In this document: positions 9,368 through 17,948 of the stretch, piece after piece
How the letters are laid out: every line of letters starts with the position of its first letter
Position numbering within the stretch: the stretch's first letter is position 1
Assembly (NCBI GenBank): GCA_018433085.1
Contig: JAHDRW010000028.1
Span: forward strand, 4,804 to 68,803
DNA: 64,000 bases
Reading direction: 5' to 3'
Source of the DNA: Deltaproteobacteria bacterium
GTDB lineage: Bacteria; Desulfobacterota; Desulfomonilia; UBA1062
Notes under the pieces: model-generated
What the model was told of the DNA's origin: nothing
Databases searched by the model: none
The model's input: only the letters and a program-made list of their open reading frames with translations
Position numbers and translations under genes: made by a program

Positions 9368-10363
9368 TCAGATCGTCTTTGCGAGCTGGAGAATCTGAAG
9401 CGGCAGATCGATGCCGAGCTTCTTGGACGCATCCAGGTCGACGATGATATTCAGGTTCTCCTGCCGGGCAATGGGAACGTCCTCGGGCTTGAGCTTGTCA
9501 TTCAGGATCCGTGCAGCCTGATCCGAGGTCAGGTCGCCGATGTCGCGGAAGTCGGGGGCGATGTACAGGAGGGACCCCTTGATCTCCCCGGTTATGGACG
9601 AAACGCAGGGAACCTTGCTTTCATGAGATATCCTGCCTAGGTCGATGGCCTCCCTGAAGTTTCTCAACCCGTAGTACTTATCGATCGGGATAAAGAAGGC
9701 ATCGATCTTCTGCGCGAGCATTTCCTCGATTGCCGGGACAATGGAATCGCCCATGCCCACCTGCTTCGATATCACCTGGACGCCCAGCTGAGGGGCCTTG
9801 GCTGCGGTTTCTTCGGTATAGGCGACGGCGTTTTCGTCATCGCTGTGGATGATTCCGATCTTCTTCATGTTCGGAAGCGCCAGCTGGGAGATGCGGATCA
9901 CGTCGAGCGGATCCATGTAGATGGTCACCCCTGTCATGCCCTTGCCGGGTTTGGTTTTCGACGGACAGCCCACCAGCTCCGGTATGGCTACGCCGGTGAA
10001 CACCAGGGGAATGCCTGCCTTGAGGAACCTGTCCTTCGCATACTTGGTGGCCGGGGTCCCCACCGTAATGACCACATCGGGCTTGCGCGAGACGATGTCA
10101 CCGGCGGATCCCTTGATCTTTATGAGGATCTTGACCTTCTCCCACAGTCCTGCCTCGGCGTCGGCATCGATGACGGTGCGTCTGATGGTAAGGTTCTTTC
10201 CCTCCACGAGCCCGTGTTTTTCAAAACCCTTGACCGTGCCCTGGTAGAGATGGTCGAAGGCGAGCAGGTTTCCTACCTGGAGAACCTCCACCGAGTAGGC
10301 CTCCGCCCGGCACGGACCGAACATGATGAGCAGGGAAAACAGACAGAAAAGCATCCTTTTCAT
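9368..10363 (-). CDS. ABC transporter substrate-binding protein (ABC_sub_bind/BMP-like family), orphan
   Basis: Signal peptide MKRMLFCLFSLLIMFGPCRAEA after an AGGAGG SD. Periplasmic-binding-protein type I pattern (DVVITVGTPATKYAK ... IPLVFTGV). No permease or ATPase gene adjacent. Confidence 0.7.
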   Translation of the reverse strand: MKRMLFCLFSLLIMFGPCRAEAYSVEVLQVGNLLAFDHLYQGTVKGFEKHGLVEGKNLTIRRTVIDADAEAGLWEKVKILIKIKGSAGDIVSRKPDVVITVGTPATKYAKDRFLKAGIPLVFTGVAIPELVGCPSKTKPGKGMTGVTIYMDPLDVIRISQLALPNMKKIGIIHSDDENAVAYTEETAAKAPQLGVQVISKQVGMGDSIVPAIEEMLAQKIDAFFIPIDKYYGLRNFREAIDLGRISHESKVPCVSSITGEIKGSLLYIAPDFRDIGDLTSDQAARILNDKLKPEDVPIARQENLNIIVDLDASKKLGIDLPLQILQLAKTI

Positions 10364-10529
10364 AACCATCCTCCTAAAATACCGTGTATCCCCGATTGGT
10401 ACGAGGTAGATATCTTCCCATTCATCGGTAATCAGAGAAAATTTCTTGAAACGCCGACAAGGCAGTGATGGGGTGAACGGAACCGGCGCGGAGTCGCTCT
10501 TCATCGAAAAGACCAGCCCCGCGCTTCGA

Positions 10530-10853
10530 TCAGCTGCTCAGGTCCTTTTTCATCTCCTCGAATTCCGCCTTGGAGATCTCTCCCCTGGCATAGCGTTTCT
10601 TCGCGATGTCCAGAGGGGTTTCCCTTCCGGACTCATACGGAGCCGCAGGCCCTCTGGTGCTCCTGACGAAGAGATAGACCAGAAGCAGGATGAGAAGAAA
10701 GATGATGATCCACATGATCGCACCTCCGTACCACGAGTCCATCATGTGCCAGCCATGGTGGTCGTAATACCCCTGGGCCATGGCGGCGGTCGAAAACGTG
10801 AGCGTGAAGAGAGAAGCGAACCACAAGGCCGTGCCGGAATATGTCTTTTTCAC
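10530..10853 (-). CDS. SHOCT-domain membrane protein
   Basis: GTG at 10853, 7 nt after a GGAGG SD. Signal/TM segments are present. The C-terminal LDIAKKRYARGEISKAEFEEMKKDL matches the SHOCT short C-terminal domain. Confidence 0.7.
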   Translation of the reverse strand: MKKTYSGTALWFASLFTLTFSTAAMAQGYYDHHGWHMMDSWYGGAIMWIIIFLLILLLVYLFVRSTRGPAAPYESGRETPLDIAKKRYARGEISKAEFEEMKKDLSS

Positions 10854-11118
10854 ATGAACCTCCTTTCTTCTTCCGGCCTTTTCCGATGATCCCGATGCCG
10901 GTGGAATGGCGGGAAGAATCACGAGCTTCGGAAGGCCTTGGGAGTCGCCCGGAGCCCTTTTTTATTGTGAAATCATACACAGATTGGTAGTGCCGGGGCC
11001 TGGGAAAATCAACCACCGGCCTTGCCGCGTCAGAATGGCAGATCTCTCTTTGTGTGGTGCCGGGGCCGGGGAGCGGGGAGGTTCAGAAAGGGAAAGAAAA
11101 GGGTGTATCGGTTCGGGA

Positions 11119-11640
11119 CTACAGGGTCCCGTCGAGCATATCGGCCACCGGTGCCTTGCAGGCCCGGCAGCGCTGAGCCCCCCTGAAGAGCGGCTCCCCG
11201 CAGAAAGGGCAGTGATAGCGATCACACTCCGAGCGAGCCCAGTCCACGCTGCCCTTATCGTCTCCGAGCTCTGCGGTCTTCTGCCGCCAGATGGGTATCG
11301 TGCGCTTCATTACCCTGATGCCCGTGGCGATGCCGAAGTTTTCTATCAGGCTGCACGGCCAATCGCCGCACTGATGGCAGGAGTAGAATCCCCTGGACCT
11401 CACGCAGTCACGGATGGGGCAGAGCCTGCAGACCCCGTAGAGCATCCTGGGAGGGTCGGGCTGCATGCACCCGAGACATGCGGTCTCCTCCGGCCTGGTG
11501 CCGTATAGCCTGCCCATCACGGTCCTGAACTTCTCGTTGTTGTCGCGCGTGGCGATATATACGCCGCAGGCGCCGCAGTACAAACCGCAGGGCGCCATCA
11601 GCTCCCTGTTCCGAAACTCCTCTTCACTCCATCCCTTCAT
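11119..11640 (-). CDS. DUF3795-family Cys-rich protein
   Basis: ATG at 11640. Carries CGLYCGACGVY, CLGC, CRLCPIRDC, CHQC and CPFCG...CRAC cysteine clusters typical of DUF3795. Confidence 0.7.
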   Translation of the reverse strand: MKGWSEEEFRNRELMAPCGLYCGACGVYIATRDNNEKFRTVMGRLYGTRPEETACLGCMQPDPPRMLYGVCRLCPIRDCVRSRGFYSCHQCGDWPCSLIENFGIATGIRVMKRTIPIWRQKTAELGDDKGSVDWARSECDRYHCPFCGEPLFRGAQRCRACKAPVADMLDGTL

Positions 11641-11793
11641 GGCATCCCCTTCTCCTGTCCGGATAAAGCCACGGGTTCCCCGGACGGGAAAGCCGGCAAT
11701 TTCGCGCACATGGTTCACGAGCCGGTATGTATGGGAATATACCTGAATTTATGGGAAAATCCGAGCAGAAATCGCGTCCCCTCGGAAAAGGGC

Positions 11794-11869
11794 AAAAAAA
11801 TAGCCAGAAGAAAATTTGGAGTTAGAGCATAGAAAAGGAAGGCTATGCCCCTTCTTCTGGCTAAAAAAA
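11794..11869. terminator. nested hairpin flanked by A7/T7 runs; likely bidirectional terminator or structured RNA
   Basis: TAGCCAGAAGAA (11801-11812) pairs with TTCTTCTGGCTA (11852-11863). An inner stem GCATAG/CTATGC is present. A-runs on both sides give a U-tract on either strand. It lies downstream of the histidine kinase stop at 12082. Confidence 0.45.
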
Positions 11870-12081
11870 GGAGGTTTCTCTTACAGAGAGTGATCTTTTA
11901 CTAATCTATCACGAAATAATAGTGTATAGGTCATGAGCTGAAAGGTGTGTAATCTCTTGAGGGGCCGGAGGTGTAAGACTGAGACCTACAGGGGGGAGGA
12001 TGAATACCTGCTTGATAAGTTTATGAAATAACAAGGCAATGTTGCCTTCCGCCGGTCGGAGGGGGCCCGGCGCCCACCTCC

Positions 12082-15081
12082 TTATCTTCTGCTCGCCAGT
12101 ACCTGTTTTACGATCTCGCCGAGATTCTTTATGCTGTAGGGCTTCCTGATATATTTCTCCACGCCCAGGCGGATGGCCTCTTCCACCCGGATGTTCTCCG
12201 CATATCCGCTTGCAATGACCGCCTTCTGCCCGGGATGGTCCTGAATGATCCGGCGATAGGTTTCCAGTCCGTCCATGCCCGGGTCCATGATCATGTCCAG
12301 AAGCACCAGGTCCGCGGGGTTGCTTTTCAGGTATGCGACTGCCTCTTCCCCGCTGGCCGCGGTGACCACCAGGTAGTTCAGGCTTTTCAGTATCTCCGAC
12401 GCGATCTTTCTCTGCTGCTCGATATCATCCACCACGAGAATGGTTTCTCCGCTTCCCATGAGATCGCTCACTGGCGGGAGTTCACCGGTCTCCCCCCCGG
12501 CGGCATCCCTCGCGCTCGGAAAATAAAGTTCGAAGCAGGTTCCCCTGCCCACTTCGCTCTGGACGGTGATGTATCCACCATGATCATGGACCGTGCTCCA
12601 CACCACGGTCATACCAAGGCCGGTACCCTTTCTCTGGAGGTTTTTCTTGGTGTAGAACGGTTCGAAAATTTTCCTGATATCTTCCGGCAGAATGCCGATT
12701 CCGTTGTCGCTGACCTTTAAAACCACATAGCTGCCCTTGCAGATCGTATCATAGCCGGGCAGGGGCGAACCCACAAAACGGTTCTGTGTGGTTATGGTGA
12801 TCCAGCCTCCTTCGGGCTGCGCCTCCACGGCATTGATGAAGAGATTCGTGAGGGACTTTCTCAGATGGGCGAGGGAACCCCTCACGGGATGGAGGTCAGG
12901 GTCGAGCTCCGTCTTCACCCGGATGGCCGATCCTGCATTCTTCAGCCGCAGGCATTCCTGGGATTCGAGAAAATCGAGAACCACGTCCTTGTTCACATTC
13001 ACCAGAGACATGCCGGGCAGGTCCTGGCGGGCCAGGGTCAGGAGGTCCTCTACAATGGCGGCGGCCTTCAGGCCGGAATCTCTCATGAGCTGGATAGGCT
13101 CTCTCATGGGACTGTCCCCGGGCAGGCCGAGCAGGATCAGCTCAGGGTAGGTGACGATGCCCGACAGTACGTTGTTGAGATCGTGGGCAACACGGCCTGC
13201 CAGCATTCCCAGGGTTTCCATCTTTTTCGACCGGTCGAGCCTCTCCGCGAGCTCCTTTTTCTCCGCATCGGCGCGTTTCCGGGACGCGGTTTCACGCAGG
13301 AGCTGCTCGCTGCTTTGCATCAGCTCCTGCGAACGTTTTTCCACCATGTCCTCCAGGCGCTGGTTCATCCGCTCCAGGGCCTCCCGCGCCTCTTTTGCCT
13401 CGGTGATGTCGCGGATGAAAAACAGCACCGCCTCAGAGTTTTCCCAGGAGACCGGAAACCTGCTGGTCTCGATCCACCGGGTGGTGCCGTCCTTTCGTAT
13501 CAGCCTGCGCTGATCACCCTTCTTGCCCGAGGTGTCCGGCACCTGTCCGTGCAGGATGCCCAAGGACTTTCTGTCATCGGGATGGATGAAGCCCAGCGCA
13601 GGTCCGGGAACCAGCTCTTCCTCAGAGAAGCCGCTTATCTCCAGGATTTGGGGGTTTGCGTAGATGCAGGTTCCATGCCGTATCACCACTACGCCTTCGC
13701 TTGCATTCTCGACCAGAAGGCGATAATTCTGCTCGTACTGCCGGAGCCTGCGAAACAATCGGGACTGGTGCACGATCACGGCGATCTGCTGGGCAATCCC
13801 GGTGATCAGGTCCACGTCGCTCCGATTCAGGTCGCGCCGCGATACGGCAGGGTCGATGATCAGGAAGCCGGTTGGCTCGTGCCGGAAAACGATGGGTGCC
13901 ACGATGAACGACGAGATGCCTGTCTGCTCGGCGACCGGACCGAGGAGCTCACCGAGACCATCGGGAATATACCCCTCAGTGTCCGCGATAAAGGGCGTTG
14001 TCTGGGGGAACACGGTTTTCACCGTACGAAACAATCTTCTTCTCAGGCTGTCCTCTGCCTGGGGGCTTATACCGTACCCCTTGACAAGGTCGATCCGCCC
14101 CGGGTTTTTCTCGCTGACGAGCAGGATCATCGCCCGGTCGATGTCCATGTGCTCTTTCAGGCCCTCGAGGATCGAATCGAGGAGCTCCTCGGTGACGTAG
14201 GCCGAGGAGACCGCCGTGCCGATCTCCTGGATCAGGGCGGCGTTATCGTGCTTGCTGTCGACTTCCCTGAGAAACAGGTCGGCGGTCTCGGCCTGGTGCC
14301 GAATCTGTCTGTCCTGATCACGGTTCTCCAGATGTTCCTTGAACAGGCTGAAGCCCAGGAACAGCGCGAGCAGGGTCAGGCTCAGCTCCAGCCAGGAGTG
14401 ATATGGGAGAACGAAGAACGAGGAGGGAACAAGGGCGAGGATTGCCGCGAGGCCGTATGAGCGCACCATGTTGAGAAAATATTTGGGGCCATGGTCCCAG
14501 GATACGATATATCTGCAGCGCGAATCCCCCTGGTGTACACACTCGGGATGCTCTACCCGGGCATATTTGCCGGTAAACGGTTTTCCGAGGCCCTCGATAA
14601 AGCCCATGCGGTTTTTGCACTGGCGGGGTTTGTCTTTCACTCCCTCCCTGGGTGTGCACACGATCTCCACCTTGTTTTTTTCCAGCTTCCTTGTGGTGAT
14701 GGTTACCCCCCGGTTCAGTTTTGATGTGATGATTGCCGCACCCTTGTAAGCAGCGCACGGGGTAAGGAATCCGAGGAAAAACTGGCGAAAGGAGGTAAAC
14801 GAGTCTCCGTTTGCCACCATGCGGCCCGATTCTCGGGGGATGTCCGGGTTACCGGTCATCTCGATGCAGATATCACCGAATCTGTCTGCCTGTTCCTGGG
14901 TGAACCAGTATCCCGGGTCCTTGAAGTCGAGCGGCGAGATGCCGGCATACTCGAGGATGGAGTTGATGTCCACTTCCGGATGATGCTTCCGGATATACTC
15001 GATATAGCCCCAGGTGATCCTGATGTTGTACAAACGGGGCTCGTGCGCACTGGCGGCGCGACTCGTGTCAAGGGTATCCAT
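12082..15081 (-). CDS. hybrid sensor histidine kinase (N-terminal cytoplasmic sensor domain, 2 TM, GAF, PAS, HisKA, HATPase_c, REC)
   Basis: 999 aa. H-box VAHDLNNVLSGI; N/G boxes (NLFINAVEA, DNGIGI, GTGLGM); C-terminal receiver (ILVVDDIEQQR...LVLLDMIMDPGMDG...K). GAF-like and PAS-like segments sit between the TM pair and the H-box. Confidence 0.9.
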   Translation of the reverse strand: MDTLDTSRAASAHEPRLYNIRITWGYIEYIRKHHPEVDINSILEYAGISPLDFKDPGYWFTQEQADRFGDICIEMTGNPDIPRESGRMVANGDSFTSFRQFFLGFLTPCAAYKGAAIITSKLNRGVTITTRKLEKNKVEIVCTPREGVKDKPRQCKNRMGFIEGLGKPFTGKYARVEHPECVHQGDSRCRYIVSWDHGPKYFLNMVRSYGLAAILALVPSSFFVLPYHSWLELSLTLLALFLGFSLFKEHLENRDQDRQIRHQAETADLFLREVDSKHDNAALIQEIGTAVSSAYVTEELLDSILEGLKEHMDIDRAMILLVSEKNPGRIDLVKGYGISPQAEDSLRRRLFRTVKTVFPQTTPFIADTEGYIPDGLGELLGPVAEQTGISSFIVAPIVFRHEPTGFLIIDPAVSRRDLNRSDVDLITGIAQQIAVIVHQSRLFRRLRQYEQNYRLLVENASEGVVVIRHGTCIYANPQILEISGFSEEELVPGPALGFIHPDDRKSLGILHGQVPDTSGKKGDQRRLIRKDGTTRWIETSRFPVSWENSEAVLFFIRDITEAKEAREALERMNQRLEDMVEKRSQELMQSSEQLLRETASRKRADAEKKELAERLDRSKKMETLGMLAGRVAHDLNNVLSGIVTYPELILLGLPGDSPMREPIQLMRDSGLKAAAIVEDLLTLARQDLPGMSLVNVNKDVVLDFLESQECLRLKNAGSAIRVKTELDPDLHPVRGSLAHLRKSLTNLFINAVEAQPEGGWITITTQNRFVGSPLPGYDTICKGSYVVLKVSDNGIGILPEDIRKIFEPFYTKKNLQRKGTGLGMTVVWSTVHDHGGYITVQSEVGRGTCFELYFPSARDAAGGETGELPPVSDLMGSGETILVVDDIEQQRKIASEILKSLNYLVVTAASGEEAVAYLKSNPADLVLLDMIMDPGMDGLETYRRIIQDHPGQKAVIASGYAENIRVEEAIRLGVEKYIRKPYSIKNLGEIVKQVLASRR

Positions 15082-15243
15082 AAAAACACACTCCTCGGAA
15101 AGATATCAAGGTTCACGTGATTTCAATATGATAAGGAATTAAGCAGAAAACAATTATAATTTCAAGTCAAAGATACCCCCGGAAAAACGGCTGCCCAACG
15201 AGGGGGCGGAGCGCTTCCGCACGCCTGATGTACTGTATCGCCG

Positions 15244-15522
15244 TCAGCTGCCGGTATCCGGGGCATCGCCGGAGCCTTCCGGGGACGTCCCGGCCGATAC
15301 CTCGATGATCCGCACCTTTGCCGTCCTGTTCAGCGCCCATCTGAAAAATGGGAGGATCACCCCGTTCGGTCTGGAGATGTCCTCTATGACGAAGAGGGCG
15401 ACCGGCACGGCGAGGCCCCAGATGCCTCTGCCAGGGGTCCTCTTCCCGAGCCGCGACAGACCGCCTCCCAGAATGCCTCTTGCGATCCCGCTCAATGGTC
15501 CGGTGGTGAATATGCTTCTCAT
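15244..15522 (-). CDS. hypothetical small protein (92 aa)
   Basis: AAGGAG SD about 8 nt upstream of the ATG at 15522. Third-position G+C bias resembles that of neighbouring genes. Glycine/arginine-rich N-terminus with one hydrophobic segment. No family recognised. Confidence 0.4.
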   Translation of the reverse strand: MRSIFTTGPLSGIARGILGGGLSRLGKRTPGRGIWGLAVPVALFVIEDISRPNGVILPFFRWALNRTAKVRIIEVSAGTSPEGSGDAPDTGS

Positions 15523-15769
15523 GTATGTGCTCCTTGATGCGCGTCAACGGATAATATCAGATAAATCTCCGCGTGGAAAGCGCGCCCCTGGAAGAGGATG
15601 CGCCGTCCGTGATCCGGATGCAGAAAAAGTCTGTACAGGCACGGAATCCGGGTGTATTATCTATATTTATGACGTGAACGGCTTCCCGGTTCGGCCGGGT
15701 GTGTTCTGCCGGGTTCGGAGGGGTTGATCGCCCCCCAGATGAGAAGAAAACACGAACAGGAGGTGGGGT

Positions 15770-16498
15770 ATGAGAAAGGTTCTTTTGTCGGCGGTGGTCC
15801 TGATCGCCATGGTTCTGCCGGTGAGCGCCGTCGCGCAGGACGGGCTTGATGAGGCAAGGATTCTCCTGGAGAAGGATCACGATCTCGATGCGTTCCAGAA
15901 GGCCATCGATCTGTGCATGGCCGCTGCGGACAGTCAGCCGGAGAGCTTCGAGGCGAACTGGATGGCGGCCAAGGCCTACCGGCTGTACGCCGATGAGGTG
16001 AAGCAGCGGCAGCTGGCCGGCTGGCAGGACGTGTGCCGGGAGTACGGTAAAAAGGGTATGGGGTATGGAGAAAAGGCCATTGCCCTGGCACCTGAAAAGG
16101 TGGACGGCCATTTCTGGTACGGCACCTGCGTGGGCTCCTACTCGGACGGGGTGAGCATCTTCACCGCCCTGAAGGAAGGGCTCAAGGACAAGACCCAGAC
16201 CAGCTTGGAGACTGCGTACGAGATCGACAAGCAGTATTATGAGGCAGGCCCCATTCTCGCCATTGGCAGGTTCTGGTCGGTGCTTCCCTGGCCTCTGAAA
16301 GACAAGAAGAAGGCGCTGGCCTATATCGAGGAGTACCACCCCTACTATCCCGACAAGCCCGAGGGGCTCGTGTATCTCGGCGAGGCCTATCTCGACATGA
16401 AGGAAAAGGACAAGGCCAAGGCGGTCCTTCAGAAGGCTGCCGCTTCCGACGAGGAATATTACAGCGACTGGGCGAAGAGGCTCTTGGCAGATATGTAG
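15770..16498 (+). CDS. secreted TPR-like helical repeat protein
   Basis: AGGAGGTGG SD and signal peptide MRKVLLSAVVLIAMVLPVSAVAQ. Helical-repeat, TPR-like composition (..AYLDMKEKDKAKAVLQKA..). Confidence 0.6.
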   Translation: MRKVLLSAVVLIAMVLPVSAVAQDGLDEARILLEKDHDLDAFQKAIDLCMAAADSQPESFEANWMAAKAYRLYADEVKQRQLAGWQDVCREYGKKGMGYGEKAIALAPEKVDGHFWYGTCVGSYSDGVSIFTALKEGLKDKTQTSLETAYEIDKQYYEAGPILAIGRFWSVLPWPLKDKKKALAYIEEYHPYYPDKPEGLVYLGEAYLDMKEKDKAKAVLQKAAASDEEYYSDWAKRLLADM

Positions 16499-16533
16499 CG
16501 CCGGTACCGGAAGTTGTTGCCTGCAGAAGAATA

Positions 16534-16561
16534 GGCGCCCATGGCATGGGGCGCCTTTTTT
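16534..16561 (+). terminator. rho-independent terminator
   Basis: GGCGCCC (16534-16540) pairs with GGGCGCC (16549-16555) across an 8-nt loop, followed by TTTTTT (16556-16561). It sits 36 nt after the TPR gene stop. Confidence 0.75.
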
Positions 16562-16661
16562 CTGTCGCCTTTCCCGGCAGGAACGCGCAGGGTCCGGTCC
16601 GGAGACCCCGGCGTATTCTTCGGTCGCTGCGCTTCAAGGAAAATGCACTGGATGGGAAGAG

Positions 16662-17300
16662 CTACCTCCGGTACTTTCTGATCAGGCCGGCCAGGCCGGC
16701 CATGCCGGTGCCCAGAATCAGCAGTGTGGATGGCTCGGGCACCGGCTCGCTCCATTCATACTCGATATTGTCGATGCACAGGGTATGGGGGAAGTCCTCC
16801 AGGAAGCTCTCCACGGGAACGCCGTCCCCTGCCCACAGGGCGAAGAGGTTGATGTTCTGGAATCCGATCGGATAGCGGGTGAGCTGAAAGGCATCGTCGA
16901 CCAGGAAGGATTCCAGGTACTGTACGCGGTTGCCGGAGAGCCCGGCAGCGTACACCTCCTGGTCCTGAAAGAAGTACGAGCCGACACAAAGAGCCGTGAC
17001 GGTGAACGGCCGTACCTGGTTTGTCATGGACAGCTCGTCGGCGTACAGGTAGGTAAAACCGGTACCTTCCATCCACAGAAACGCCTCTGCCGTGGCACAG
17101 GAGGGTTTTCCCCCGAAGGGGTCCCCTGCCTTGTCCACAGACCAGGCGAAACCCGAGTAGCCGTCCGGAACGGGCTGCGTGTTTTCCAGGAACAGATCGG
17201 TCCCCGAAAGATATCGGGTGAGATCTTCAAAGTCGATGACCCCGGCAAAAGAACTGTTTGCAATCAGCAGGATCAAACCAATAAAAAACACCGTGCGCAT
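16662..17300 (-). CDS. PEP-CTERM sorting-domain secreted protein
   Basis: ATG at 17300 after an AAGGAGG SD, with signal peptide MRTVFFIGLILLIANSSFAG. The C-terminus VPEPSTLLILGTGMAGLAGLIRKYRR is a canonical PEP-CTERM motif: PEP, TM helix and Arg cluster. Confidence 0.8.
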   Translation of the reverse strand: MRTVFFIGLILLIANSSFAGVIDFEDLTRYLSGTDLFLENTQPVPDGYSGFAWSVDKAGDPFGGKPSCATAEAFLWMEGTGFTYLYADELSMTNQVRPFTVTALCVGSYFFQDQEVYAAGLSGNRVQYLESFLVDDAFQLTRYPIGFQNINLFALWAGDGVPVESFLEDFPHTLCIDNIEYEWSEPVPEPSTLLILGTGMAGLAGLIRKYRR

Positions 17301-17845
17301 GAGAACCTCCTTTGGTAGGTAAGATATTTCTCCGGTCACCACAGGGAGAAAGAGCGGCGCATGTGACTTTTCCATACATGGCTGAACAACCTTTTATGCA
17401 TCTAGTAAGGGTAACCTGTTTTTCACAACCGCGATCGAATACGAGCGCACGTTTTCGTGCAGCTCATTTACGAAAGCTCTCGAGCTATGGCCATATTTCT
17501 CGGAAATGGGGAGATCCCGGTGTCAACGCTGTTTTTCAGGGGATGCAGGCGTTCCCGGAAGATCGCTGACGCATCCCTTGCCAATCCATAGCATCACTCA
17601 GTAAATAGGATATTCACCCCCGGATGAAAAACAATGCCCTTTTCCCCTGTTCAGTCCTCAAGCAGCAGGAAAACGGGTGATTTGCCCTATCCTGATGTAG
17701 CGGGTGCAAACAGGGGGCTCTCGCACCATGTTCATGCTCGGGTAATATGTCTGTAAGGCATCGAATACATGATGAGTATCACATCACAGCTTACAGAGGG
17801 GCCGAACGTTCAGGAAAAAGCTCGGAATCCCCATGAACTTCCGGA

Positions 17846-17874
17846 TTGTGGACATGCGGCTCCTGGTATATAAT
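17846..17874 (+). promoter_or_regulatory. sigma70-like promoter candidate for the sbcD/yhaN-like operon
   Basis: TTGTGG (17846-17851), a 17-nt spacer, then TATAAT (17869-17874), about 75 nt upstream of the ATG at 17949. Confidence 0.3.
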
Positions 17875-17948
17875 TCTTTGTCAATATCTTCCGGCAGTTC
17901 GCGATCGTCGGCATTTGCTGTTGGGAAACCGCCAGGGGAGGCTATTCA

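Noticed and set aside
12865-14460. 531-aa plus-strand ORF
   Set aside because: It is antisense to the histidine kinase, whose domain motifs are unambiguous. The translated sequence is low-complexity with no motifs.
15557-16339. 260-aa minus-strand ORF and other ORFs overlapping the TPR-like gene
   Set aside because: They are antisense to a gene that has an SD, a signal peptide and a downstream intrinsic terminator, and their composition is that of an artefact.
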